Under the pieces are notes generated by a model that saw nothing but the letters and a program-made list of their open reading frames with translations, was not told the origin of the DNA and did no database searches. Of a stretch of 64,000 bases of DNA, positions 12,565 to 24,740 are shown one piece after another; positions within the stretch are counted from its first letter, which is position 1, and each line of letters opens with the position of its first letter. Made by a program: the position numbers and the translations under genes. Source of the DNA: Macrostomum lignano (lineage: Eukaryota); NCBI GenBank assembly GCA_002269645.1, contig NIVC01001558.1, positions 1-64,000 of the forward strand, written 5' to 3'.

Positions 12565-15202
12565 TCAATGCTTCTGACTGTTAACAATCTTGCGCAGATT
12601 TGCGCCAGGCGGAGTGTTCCACACGGCGCTGCTGCTCCTTGGCGCCTTCTCAGCGGCCGCTGGGAACACACAGCTTCATTGTGGCTGCCAGGTCCAAGGT
12701 CTCAACTGGTTTGAACACCGACCACCAATGCGGACCGCGGAGGGTCTGCTTAGCGAAGAAGCGGTGCTTATGGTTGCCCTGCACCCAGCGAGGCAGCGCG
12801 TGCCGCGGCGCGTCCTCGTTATCGGTCTCGGCGTCCGAGTTCAGATCGTCAAGCGGATAGGTCTGCGGCGACGAGCGCGGCGGCGGGATCAGCTTCTTCT
12901 CGTAGGCGGTGGTTGGCACAAACGGCTGCGACACTTTCAGCGCCTCCGACTGCTTCTTCCAGGCTAGCTGGGACTCGCGCTCCTCAGCTTGCACTGCCGC
13001 TACCGCTTCCTCCGCCGCTTTGCGTCTGCGCTCGGCCTCCTCGGCCGCCGCCTTACGCTGCCGTTCCGCTTCCTCCTCTTTCGCTTTCCGATTTCGTTCA
13101 GCTTCTTCAGCTGCTTTTTTCTTTGCCTCTTCAGCAGCAGCCAACCGCTTCCGCTCTGCTTCTTCAGCCGCTCTTTTTCGTTCCGCTTCTTCCTCTGCCA
13201 ATTTTCGTGCCGCCGATCGCTTGCGATCCGCCTCCTGCTTTTCGGCAACTTTCTGCGCTCCTCCTCTTCAGCCGCTTTCTTTTCGCGCTCCGCCTCCTCA
13301 TTTTTGCGCCGCTGTTCCTCCTGCTTTTTCTGCACTTCCTCGGCTTTGCGCTTCTCCTCGGCCTTGCGGTGCTCCTCCTCAGCTCGGCGCTTGCGCTCCG
13401 TCTCTTCGCGTCGTTTGGCCTCGGCCTGCAGAGTCTGCGCCACCCGGCCAGTCAGTTCAGTCTGCGCCAACTTCTGCGCAGACCTAGCCTGAACCTCCTG
13501 CTGACGCTTCTGCGCATTCTCCAGAACGCGTTTGCGCTTCTCCTCCTTGTCGCGAGCCTTCTGCGCGCGCAGCTCTTCGGCTTTCTCGCGGCGCTTGCGC
13601 AGGCGCTCCTCTTCGGCGCGCTCCTTCTCTTCTAGGAGGCGCCGGCGCTGTCGCTCCTCTGCGGCATCGTCAGAGGCGCGCGATACGGCCGCTCCGCCGC
13701 CGGCATCGTGCGGCACCCGAGAGCGCGTCTTGCTACCCTGCGCCTTGCTGGTGGAGGCGGTGCCATACCGACCAGACGATGACGATTGCGGAGCCCCGGC
13801 GCCTCCGCTACACTGACCGGCGACCGGGGTGCGGCCAACAGCGGCGGCAGCGCAGCCATCGTCAACAGACATTAGAGAGACATTGGGGTCCACTAGCTGG
13901 CAGCTGACATCCTCTGTCATGTACGACGAGCCGGCTGCTGCCTCCCTATTGACTGCCGGAGTTGAAATCGACGCCTTCTTGGCGCCTTTTGGCGACGAGG
14001 CGGCAGCAGCGGCCCCTACAAAATGCGGAGCGACCAGCGGCGCGTGAAACTGACGTGATACGGCCGTGGCAGCCGGGGTCATGCAGGCCGGGGCCCGGTA
14101 AGGAGCTGCGCCGGCGGTGCGCTGCTTCTTTTTTTCAGCCTCGGCTGTGCCAACGATGCCGCGGGTGAACGGCGAGGCGGCCACGGGAGAGCGAAGCCGC
14201 TTTTTGGACGACTCGGCAACTGGAAGGGGGAGAGGAGATGTGTAATGAAAGAAAGATAGCTACTCACCCACTCTACCACTACCACAGCAGTCAGCACTGA
14301 AGCTACTCACCCACTCTAGCAACAGCAGTCAGCACTGAAGCTACTCACCCACTGAACCCCAGCAGGCAGTCAGCACTGAAGCTACTCACCCACTGAACCC
14401 CAGCAGGCAGTCAGCACTGAAGCTACTCACCCACTGAACCCCAGCAGGCAGTCAGCACTGAAGCTACTCACCCACTGAACCCCAGCAGGCAGTCAGCACT
14501 GAAGCTACTCACCCACTGAACCCCAGCAGGCAGTCAGCAATAAAGCTACTCACCCACTGAACCCCAGCAGGCAGTCAGCAATAAAGCTACTCACCCACTG
14601 AACCCCAGCAGGCAGTCAGCAATAAAGCTACTCACCCACTGAACCCCAGCAGGCAGTCAGCACTGAAGCTACTCACCCACTCTGCCAGCGGCGGCCGGCC
14701 GTCCCCTAGCAGACGTGCTATTAGTAGAAATAGCAGCCGACGCAGCCGCGGCCGCCGCTCGCCCGGTGCGGGTGCTGCGAGCCGGAGCAGCGGAGGCGGC
14801 CGCGACAGCCCGAGTACGCGTGGTCCTGGCGCCAGCGCCAGTAGTGTTAGACGCCGCATTGGCGCCAATAATAGGACTACGCGAGCGCCGTTTTGAACTG
14901 GCCTGAACGCCGAGCATTTCAACGCTAAGCGGGCCATAAATATTGTCAGCCCCAATAGTAGCCGTGGTCGCTGTTGACAAGTTCGAAGCGGCAGTGGCGC
15001 CGATTCGCTTAGCTTTTTTCTTGGGCTTCGGAGTCTTAGTGGGCAGGGGATTCAAGTTGCGACCCTCAACGAGGCCGGGCATCCGTTCAAATGCCTGCTC
15101 CAGGAAGGCCAACTGCTCGCTATAGAGCTTCTCCGTGGCCTCCTCGGCCTTCAGACGCCATCGGAGAAGTCCCAGACCGGGAAATGTAGGGCAGTTGGCC
15201 AT
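12565..15202 (-). CDS. INCENP: Inner centromere protein INCENP; exons 15202-14677 and 14219-12565; two apparent 1-nt indels (~13250, ~12675)
   Basis: N-terminus ...LYSEQLAFLEQAFERM, long E/R/K/A single alpha-helix, IN-box YPLDDLNSDAETDNEDAPRHALPRW and terminal RSSSAVWNTPP (in a shifted frame). Phase-1 GT-AG intron joins the exons in frame (GTG G|TT GCC). Confidence 0.88.
14258..14686. repeat. 41-bp intronic minisatellite, ~11 copies, each carrying the INCENP splice donor
   Basis: Unit AGCTACTCACCCACTGAACCCCAGCAGGCAGTCAGCACTGA; the minus strand reads AGTGG|GTGAGTAGCT in every copy. Confidence 0.95.
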
Positions 15203-15974
15203 GGCTTTGCTTTGGAGCTGCAATGTGTTAAAAATTATCTATGCTAGACTGCCGATGTTCACTTAGTTAGATGGTCAGATTTTTGAAATTTTAGTCTGAA
15301 CTTTAAGACGTGAAAGTAGAATTTGATGGGCTGCAGTCTATATTAGAACTTGGTTGCAACCTATAGTCCTGAGCTGCAGTCTATAAGTACCAAATAAATG
15401 CATCCTAGAAAAAGCTGGCTTTCTTTCTTTGCCATAGATGCTTGAAGCTTTATGCATCAATGTATCAAGCAATTTAAAAAATTACTATTTGCAAAACTAA
15501 GCCTTGACCACAAAGCATATTTTAGGTATTTTAGATATTTTAGGTACCTAACCATGCATATATAACTGCTAGCCAACCTGGCAAATCCAGCATTGTAAAT
15601 AAAAGCTGACAGAGAAAAAATGCAAAATTGATGAATTTCTAGTCTCTATTGGAATAAATATTGAAAATCTATAGACACATTTTAGAATCATATATAAGTG
15701 ATTTTTTTTCACTTTAGCATTGTATGAAAAAAATTTCCATAGAACTATACCTGTTCTACCTGCAATTAAAAGCTATCAATCAATATAAATATATACTACC
15801 AGCATATCAATGAAGCAACATTGCATTTGTACAAAATCAAGGCCTATAGATAAGTAAAAGTAGAAATCTAAATTTATTATAACCACTTTCAATCCCTATT
15901 GGAATAAATGTTGAAAACCCACGGACACACGCTTTAGAATAGAGTCAAATTATTTTCCCACGCTTTAGGATTAT

Positions 15975-16305
15975 TAGAGATGTCCCGAAAGAGCAGTTTC
16001 CTCGAAATCAAAATTCGTTAACTTTCCAAACTCAAAATTGAAATTTTCCGAAATCAAAATGCAGAAAAACAAAGTTTAGTATGACCAATACTCACTTTTT
16101 ACATTCAATTTACTGCTTATGCAAAATGAAATACACGTATATGTAGCAGAAATTACTGCTTCTTTAGCGATTTTTTTAGCAATATATTTAGCGATTTTTT
16201 AGACGCTTCCAAATTTTGACTTCTAATTTTATTCGAAATTGAAATTTACTCCTAATAAAAATTCTAATTTTGGAAAATTCAAATTGAAATTTCGGAACAT
16301 CTCTA
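15975..16305. mobile_element. hAT-type MITE
   Basis: TIRs TAGAGATGTCCCGAAA / TTTCGGAACATCTCTA; flanks AGGATTAT and AGCTTTAT (6/8 match, decayed 8-bp TSD). Confidence 0.75.
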
Positions 16306-16763
16306 AGCTTTATAAATAATAAGTGTATAGGCCCCTTCCACAAAGGTATTAGATGACCCCTTTCCATGCATATGTATTTGCTAGAGCAGCAGCCAGCAAG
16401 AAAAGGCAGCGCGCGCAGGCGCAGAAAAACTTTTGAAATTTAGAAAAATTTCAAAAGTGCGCCGGATGCCGTCCGCGGATTTACAACTTTTTCCTATAGG
16501 GCTTTCAATCAAAAAAGTTGATAAAATTATCTTTTTACTTTTTAGGCAATAACAAAAAGCATGGACATCTAGTTATCAGGCAAAGATCTAGAAAACTTTT
16601 GAGGGGTGGGGGCAAGCTATACTAGGCACTACAACCCAATATTAGAAAATAGACCTAGCATAGTTGCAGGGAAAAAAAGTATGCCCAACATTTTCTTGGC
16701 TGCAGCTAAGGGGACAGTAATATCAATAATATGATATTCTACTGGTGATAGCATAGTATATAA

Positions 16764-17060
16764 CATACATGCGCAACCTCCAAAATTCAATCGGCCGTGC
16801 GACTTAGTTTTAACAAAACTGCAACGTAGTTTTTGGCCAGAAATGAGACTTGCATGTAAAAAAACCGTAAAGCAAAATTAACGCAACTTTGGGTAAACGG
16901 CAGGAGTAACTATAACTGTCTTATTAAGCCAAAATGCCTCGTCAGCTACTTAGTACTACTACTTTGGTGTTTATTGGGTGGGTATTTTTGCAACTTCCTT
17001 GGTTGGCCGCCAAATCGGTCAGCCGGATCGGCTGACTCGGCCAACTGTTGCGCATGTATG
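16764..17060. mobile_element. 297-bp non-autonomous DNA transposon (MITE, 8-bp TSD; hAT/P-like) carrying a 28S rRNA fragment
   Basis: Perfect 14-bp TIR CATACATGCGCAAC (16764-16777 and 17047-17060); perfect TSD GTATATAA (16756-16763 and 17061-17068). Confidence 0.9.
16891..16954 (+). other. Captured 28S (LSU) rRNA fragment spanning the R2/I-PpoI target region; not a functional rRNA gene
   Basis: GGGTAAACGGCAGGAGTAACTATAACTGTCTTATTAAGCCAAAATGCCTCGTCAGCTACTTAGT versus conserved 28S GGGTAAACGGCGGGAGTAACTATGACTCTCTTAAGGTAGCCAAATGCCTCGTCATCTAATTAGT. Confidence 0.85.
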
Positions 17061-17726
17061 GTATATAATATCAAGAATTAGACATTCCTTTGTTTTTTGA
17101 TATTTGAAATGTTTTATAAAAGTTAGACAAAATTAATTTCTAGAAATCAAAGAGTACTACTTTTATTTGAGTTTAATAAATAGATTCTAAAAAAATGTAT
17201 TAAATTCTTAGAAATAGTATATAATAACTTCTGTAATATAATACCCTAGGCTAGGCCCCCCTAACAAAGTTTTGTCACAATGAGTATTGCAATAAGGCCT
17301 ATAACTATAATAGCAATATTAGAATAATATATATATATACACTTATATATATAATATTTAAGTATTATTCCAATCATTATGAAAATGTTAACCAATAGAA
17401 CTAATTTATAGACATTAATACTAGACTGAACTTTGCAAATGCAGTTTTAAAAGAAAATCAATGTTGGCCTTAGATATCTATTCAAGTTTGGTATCCCCAG
17501 TTATGCACCATTTGCATTGAATTAGATAAAGGTAAATATTATTTTTATGTTCATATCATTTGTCTTTTTATACATATACATATAATGTATATATATACTA
17601 TAAATTTTAAAATTGTAGCCTTACAGTAAATTAAGTCATGTCTATTACTCTTTTAGGCCTACAATAACTTGTAAACTTAAAGTTCTGGTACCTAAACTCA
17701 AAAATAGCATTATCATGTTTAACTAT

Positions 17727-17978
17727 TATACATGTGCAACCTCCAAAATTCAGTCAACCATGCAACTTAGTTTTAACAAAAATGCAACAGTTTTTGGCCA
17801 AAAATGCAACTTACATGCAAAAAAACCCTATAAAGCAAAATTAATGCAACTTTGGGTAAATGGCAGGAGTAACTATGACTGTCTTATTAAGGCAAAACGC
17901 CATATCAGCTACTTAGTACTACTTGGTATTTATTTGGGTGGGCATTTTTACAACTTACATTGGTTGGCTGCCAAATCA
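17727..17978. mobile_element. Second, decayed and 3'-truncated copy of the 28S-carrying MITE (28S part 17854-17916)
   Basis: Colinear with 16764-17016; left TIR reads TATACATGTGCAAC; many CpG to TpG/CpA changes. Confidence 0.85.
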
Positions 17979-18959
17979 TATGTTAGCTATTATTTTTTTT
18001 GTTTGCACTCTTGTTACTTCTTAATTTATCTTTTTCTTTGAAATGTTCTACCTTTTATTATAAAAATTAGAAGATACTTGTACAACTTGCTTTTTGTAAC
18101 CCTATTAGAATAAATAGAAAAAGATATCTGATAGTCTGTTGCAATTTTGGCAAGTGATGTTGTGGTACAGTGCAGCCACAGTAAATTTTGGATTTACTTA
18201 GTTATACTTGCCAGAGACTGCGGAGACAGATTGACAACTATCACTTATTTGCAGAAATGAAAGGAGGGTAGTCACTTGAGAGTTTACAATTCTTTTGCCT
18301 GGCTTAATAGCTTTGGCTTTAGAATGTTCAATTATGATTGGCACTGAAAGACCTTTTGGGGTTAATGCAAAAGTAAACATGTTTTGTGTTGCATTGCATT
18401 CTTGAACTACAATTTTAGGCCCCATGTTTGCATGTCTGCAGGTTTTCTACATGTATTCCAAAAGGGTTTTATGTCACTTTTGTATGCCAAATATAACTTA
18501 AGATTCAAGCATGCCAAATATGTATACCATACCAATGAACACTACATAATAAATACTAGCATCAATAGTTAGGAGTTTAAAAGAAAGACAGAGCCAAAAG
18601 GCCTGTAACAGCTGGTGGCATTTAGCGGGATTAAAATTGGTAAAGTAGGAGGTAAAACACTTGTCACAGCTTGGTACCAGCAGTGGGATTGTTCATAAAG
18701 ACAGAGGAGTAACACCTGTCATAATAATATAATAATATACATGTGTATTCATATATTAAATTTGTTATTTTAACAAAATCTCTATTTTATAATTATGGGT
18801 TATAATAATTTCAGCAAGTCATTTTGGCAAAAGTCATTTTGCCAAAATTTATTTTGGTGAAAAGTTTTCACCATGTTTAGAAGGCACTATATAATTATAG
18901 TGTATTACCTCTTTGTTTATTAGTTGTTTGTTGTATGCAAAAAGAATATGCCTGCATCC

Positions 18960-19600
18960 GGGTTCCTGTGTAAGTAATGAGTGAATAATATACTATACGC
19001 CTTGTTGTTGTAATGTCTGGACTTCACAAAGGTGAACTTACTGTCAACAACCAAGGTGGCCTTCTTCCTTGTCAATGACTCCTCTAGCACCTCGAATCCT
19101 GGCTTCTCTACAGCAACCTTGACAGGCTGTGGGTGGCCAACATCAACAGCTGCTACTAGAAATGGCAGCTAGATGTCTTCCTCCAAATTGAAGCCATCCT
19201 CTTCTATGATAGAGACATATGCCATTTCTACAAAGACATGGCCACTGCCTTTCCCTAGAATAACTCACTACTGCAGATGCTGCTTTGGCAACCTCCTGCT
19301 TGATGGCGACCTCAGCTGCTGCTTTGGCGACCTCCTGCTTGATGACGACCTTAGCTGCTGTTAATGCTACTACTTTGGCAACCTCCTGCTTGATAACAAC
19401 CACCCTGACTACTCCTAATGCAATGTAGCTATAGCACTTCCATTCAAAGTCTTCACTTGATGTCATAAGATTGTGATACCTTTTGCCAGACATGCTTGTA
19501 TTACACTTTAGGTGACACCATTGCTGGCATTCATCACATTGAAGTGCAAACTGATGTACAGTTATTTTACATGAGTAGATTAGGCACTATGACTCTATTT
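18960..19600 (-). pseudogene. Relic of a PHD-finger + FLYWCH-like protein, probably from a Mutator/MULE-type transposon
   Basis: Minus strand ALQCDECQQWCHLKC...FEWKCYSY (PHD core), three KQEVAK repeats, then after a frameshift FEVLEESLTRKKATLVVDSKFTFVKSRHY (FLYWCH-like); stops and frameshifts present. Confidence 0.6.
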
Positions 19601-22164
19601 CAGTATTGGATTGGTTAATAATTAGGCAGTAGTGAGATGATAGCAATAGTGATTGCATTTTGAGCATTTTGTTGATATATTATGTGTGCTACATAGTGTA
19701 TGTTACATATGTATGTATGTGTGTGTTATTATTACGAATTCATACAGTGAATTTTTGGCTATATAAAAACAATTGCTTTGTTTTGGCTCTTTGGAATTGT
19801 CAAGCAAATTGTATATATGTATACTAAATGATGTCTATTTTTATAAACACTCTTAAGGTCAGCTATTAGCCACACACTGAATGGTAGATGAAATTGGCAC
19901 TGAATTATACTAGTTGATTGAATGATTTAGTAATTTTTAGGAGGCAATTGCATACATACCAACCAATTGCGCATCAAAGCAATCGATTGTTACTTATGTT
20001 GCTTTAAAGTTTGCACACTTGTTGCACACACTTATATATAATATTATTGAAAAATATCCTAAATTAATATTTAAATTTTATTTATCACTAAGAAAATGTT
20101 TGTTTCATAGCAAGCTTAACTTGCACCATTATATATATATATATATTAGTAAGCTTTTTGCCAAAATGACTTTTTAAAATATGTTTCAAAGAAAGACCTT
20201 TCACCAAAATGACTTTTTGCCAAAATGACTGGCATCCATAATTATAGATATTAATTGATAGGCTAGGCCTGCATGTATATTGCTTGTATAGCATACAATA
20301 CATAAGATTTTCTATTTATTTAAGCAGTATACAACTAAGATAGCCACATACCAAGACGGTCATAACATTGAATATCTATTATATCTATTCTTTCTTTATT
20401 ATTAATAAGCAATTTAATAGTTATTGCCATATTATTATGTTTAATCAATTATATTCATAAATAAATAATAATATAATAATAGATTTAAAACTTAATTATC
20501 TATGATACAAAACCTTTAATCTTGTTTAGTCTATACAAATTTGTTTTCTATCATTATATTTATCAGTATCAAATCTATCATTATCAGTTTATCAAGAAAC
20601 CATTGCTAATAGTATCCTAACCTAATAACAAAATAGGATAAATATACAAGGTGCTAAGCTAATTGTTTTATTTATTAGATAAATATCTATAGGTCACTTG
20701 TCAGGCTACAATAAAAGCTAAAGCCAAAAGGAATGATTATAATTAATATAATTCTATTATAGGCCTAGCATCTATTTTTCCAAGACTTAAAGATCTACGC
20801 TTATTACAAATGACTGCCAATAAAAATGAGTGAAATAGATACCTAGGCTATAATAAGACATCAAGGTTATGCACCATTTGACAGATTTTGAGCATGCAAT
20901 AGGCTTAAAACAGGAATTTAAAATAATTTACTAAGAATATTACATATAAAAACTTGATTAGATTAAAAAGACAAAGCCTAAAAAATGATATAAAAATAAA
21001 TACCTTTTTTTCTAATAAAGATTGAATAATAAGATTGTTTTCTTTTGTGAAAAGAAAACAAAGACTCAGCCTATTTAGTTATATTATTTGGTTATTTGGT
21101 TTAGTTAGTTTAGTTTATTTGGTTAGTTATAATATTTGGATTAAAAAGACAAAACTAGGTAAGAGTAAGACAATGTGGACAAAGCCAACTGGTTGCAGGT
21201 ATCATAAGAATAGGCCAACTTTGAATTGAAAGTAATATTTCAAATATTCTATAAAGCCTAGGCCTAATAATTTTCTTTTATAGCAACATAACATAACACA
21301 GGCCCACAGCACAACACAACAGACCAACAAGCTGAAGCTGTTAATTGCATTAATGATATCGATAGTCGATAGGCCTAACGTGCCTAAAGTATAATAATTT
21401 TTGCGAAAGTAAACAATCGCCGAAATCTTTTAAGGGTTTTTACGTGTATAAGAACACGAACAAAACACACCCACTGCTCGGGCCATGAGGGGGTTATTAT
21501 GGGGGCAAATTTTTAGTAAATTTTACTTTTTGAAAATGTAATCTTTAGTTTTAAGACTTAAGAATACTCGCTTTTAAAAACTTTGTTTTCTCTTTAAAGG
21601 TAATTTTTAACAAAAGTTAAATGTCTAGATTGCTTAATTGTGACTGAAAGTGTCTTTAATTTTTCATTTGGTATACCAATACAGAAATAAAAACACCGGT
21701 ATATATTTACCTTGACACCAACTACTTAAACTTTTGTCTTCGGTTGGATTAAATGATAGAAAAATTTATATTTTTGAGCGTAGCATATACCAAACAATTA
21801 CTCTGGTAAAGCACCACTTTTTGTTCCTAGAACTAGATGACCTGGTCACAATAAATGAGTCAAGGGCCCTCAGATTTTGTGTAGTTTTGTGAACTTATGT
21901 TTGTAATGCAGTTGGACGTAGTGAAATTATTATGTATATATATATTATGTATATATATTATGTATATATATATAGGTGAATCTTTTACCACGGCCCACTT
22001 TATACTAATTTTTGTGCTATGGCCTATGGGTAATGAAAAAATGTTTTAATCTAAATTTTGTGGAACATAGTAGGACGACTGCAACTTTCAAAGAACTCTA
22101 CGTCGTTTAGCATAGTTAGGCCTATTATAAATATAAGGATGTTGTTATTTAGACTTCACGAAGA

Positions 22165-22535
22165 TTGGTTCCAGAACCAGAATAATTCCGATTCCAGAGC
22201 CAGAATCGGTAATAAAATGTAAAGCTTTAAACCTTTTTATGTTCGTCAGTCTTTATAACTTTATTTTGCTTCGTCTTGGATATGAAAATAACAGAGTGAG
22301 ACTAGGCCTACTATACGCCAGAGTAGGCCTACCTCAATAATGAAAAATTGATTAGGCCTATTTCAAATATATTTTGCTGTTAAAAGTATAAACATGACAA
22401 TGGATAAAGAAAATTTCATGAACCAAATTCCAGAATTGGATCACAGTTCTGGAAACAATTCTGAAAATGGAATAGACAATACGTCAATAGGCCTATAAAT
22501 TGCTTTGAACTGATTCTGGTTCTGGAATTGGTAGG
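22165..22535. mobile_element. Decayed inverted-repeat element (MITE-like)
   Basis: ATTCCAGAGCCAGAATCGGT near 22193 and its reverse complement ACTGATTCTGGTTCTGGAATT near 22510; termini not resolved. Confidence 0.45.
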
Positions 22536-23153
22536 CCTAATATAAAAAGCCTAGGCCTGATTGAATATTATTATGGTCAGCATATAATAAATAGCAAAAC
22601 TGGTTAGGCCCATATGTTTATGGTCAACATAAAAGAAATACTAGGTCTAGGAGCCTATCTATTCTAAATTAAGTTAGGAACTTGTATTGCAAGTATTAAG
22701 AGTCTGTTAAAATTTAAAGAAAACAATTTAATATATAGTCTGTAGATAGACCCTACAATCTATCTACTGTGGTTATTTTTAGTTCTAGTGCTTCTTGTCA
22801 TGTCACCAACTTTCACTAGGCCTAGCTTTCTTAATATAATTATTAATTATTAGGGCCTAATGTAAATAATATTTCTTCCCCATCTATGTTGAAAAGTAGG
22901 CCTAACCATTGCTTTTTATTATTGCCTATTATTATTTTTTTGGATTTGTCTATAAATGCACCTAATAGAAAAGCAAAGCATAGTTAAGCCTTATCAAAGT
23001 CTTTTACAAACATTTTTTTATTTACTTCATTCTTAGTTTAGAATTCAGATCAGGTTTGAGGTTAATTTGATATCAAAATTTATGTTATAAAAGTCTCTAT
23101 TTATTTTGGCTATTATAAGTAATGGTAGGGCCTAGGCCTTATACACTATAGTA

Positions 23154-23945
23154 TAGGGCAATTCCATATAATTATGGTCGTAACATGACAGGCTATTTTT
23201 ACTTATAAAATGAAATCTAATAATAGAATACACTAAACCAATATTTTAAATGAAAGATTTTTTTGTCAAGAATATTTTTATAGAGTTTCATGTAGATATC
23301 ATCATTAATATAGATGCTATTAAACCTTGAATGGCACTTCTGGTCGTAACGACAGGATTTTTGACAGATAGAAACTAAAAGGTAAAAGTCTTATAACATT
23401 TTTCATTTTTGATATTTTGCAATAAATTTTTTAAAATTCGACTAAGAACATCTTCAGAAATCATACTCTTTTTGTAGAATATATAAACTCAAAAAGGCAA
23501 CAAAGATACAAAAGAAAAGGCAGCCTTATGGTCGTAACATTCTGGTCGTAACATATTTTGTTCTGTCAATTCAGTAACTTAGAGGTACCAATATATTAAA
23601 AATATAATTGATTATTTGTTCATCAATACTTTTATCTGATGATGCAAGTACTATACTTTTATCTATAGTTTGTTTCAACCTTCCAAAGCTTTCTATTTGT
23701 TTTTAAAAGGTTCACAAACTTAATGATGTCTTTTGCTTAAAAAACTGTCCAAATTTTTACAAAAATTACTTTTTGCCACTTGATAACATACTAATCTAAC
23801 ATTTTATCATTCATTTATTCTTAGATTGTAGATGTTACACATAAAAAACATTTGGTAAAAAAATTGGCTAATCAGGCAGTGGCAAGCAAAAATATTGACT
23901 TTTTTCTATTTTCCAAATATGTCCATCTTATATGGAATGAGCCTA
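23154..23945. mobile_element. Non-autonomous DNA transposon, ~790 bp, GG...CC ends in a TA/TATA context
   Basis: TIR-like TAGGGCAATTCCATATAA ... TTATATGGAATGAGCCTA; internal GGTCGTAAC motif four times. Confidence 0.65.
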
Positions 23946-24359
23946 TAGCAGACCTATTAATCTGGCAAAATATTTATAAAGCCTAGGCCTCTATGCTTAT
24001 ATGCTTAGCCCCCTCACTTTAGTATAAAGTCTAAAATGTAAGTCTAACATAACAAATAAAAAAGCTTAAGAGTAAAGTTGTAATTGAAAATTTTTTTATT
24101 CTAGAATAGACTTATAATCCTACTTATCATATTTTTCACAAATGGTTTATACTTAGCTTAATTTTGTATAGACCTTAGCATTAGGCTAAGCCACACTCAA
24201 ATCTGTTAAATACAGTATGCCAAAATAAGTGATCCCCTATATTTTTCATTCAAGTTTATATAAAAAACAAATTTACTCATGATATACCTGCCAAATATCA
24301 AAAAGGCATTGCAATAATGAAGGACATTTTTTACTTTGTAACAATCACCTTTTGTTGTA

Positions 24360-24740
24360 GTAATAGGTCCAGAATTTCATTTTAGGGGGGTAGGAAGCAG
24401 TCCAAGTTTAGGATGCCAACACGAATTTTAGAGGCACTAATTTTTAAGCTAAAAGGTATAAATATATATAGGATGCAAAAAATGAATATAGAAGGCAAAA
24501 AAATCAAGCTTAAAGGTACAAAAATACATGTAAAGAGCAAAAATTTGAGCTTAGTAGTACAAAAAATGCAATTAGGGGGTGAAAAGTCAAGCTTAAAGGT
24601 GCAAAAAAGGTGTTCTGGGGAAAAATCAAGTTTTGAAGTGTAGACTTAGGTTGTAGGAGGGGGGGCACAATATATTCTATCAAACTATTTTGGGAGGATG
24701 GCACTTCCCCCTTTGCCTCCACCTTGAATCTGCCCTTACT
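24360..24740. mobile_element. Highly decayed hAT-like MITE with degenerate ~21-bp internal subrepeats
   Basis: G-run and C-run subterminal motifs (GGGGGGGCAC...CCCCCTTTGCCTCCACCTTGAATCTGCCCT); same architecture as 60209-60609. Confidence 0.35.

Noticed and set aside
13240-13260. Programmed ribosomal frameshift in INCENP
   Set aside because: No canonical slippery heptamer or downstream structure seen; indels in several genes point to sequence error.
12590-14168. Plus-strand ORFs over INCENP; also antisense ORFs over NOSIP, PIG-U, FAAH2 and CCDC181
   Set aside because: Shadow frames of GC-rich coding sequence.
16891-17916. 28S rRNA gene
   Set aside because: Only two ~64-nt diverged fragments inside MITE copies; no other rDNA.
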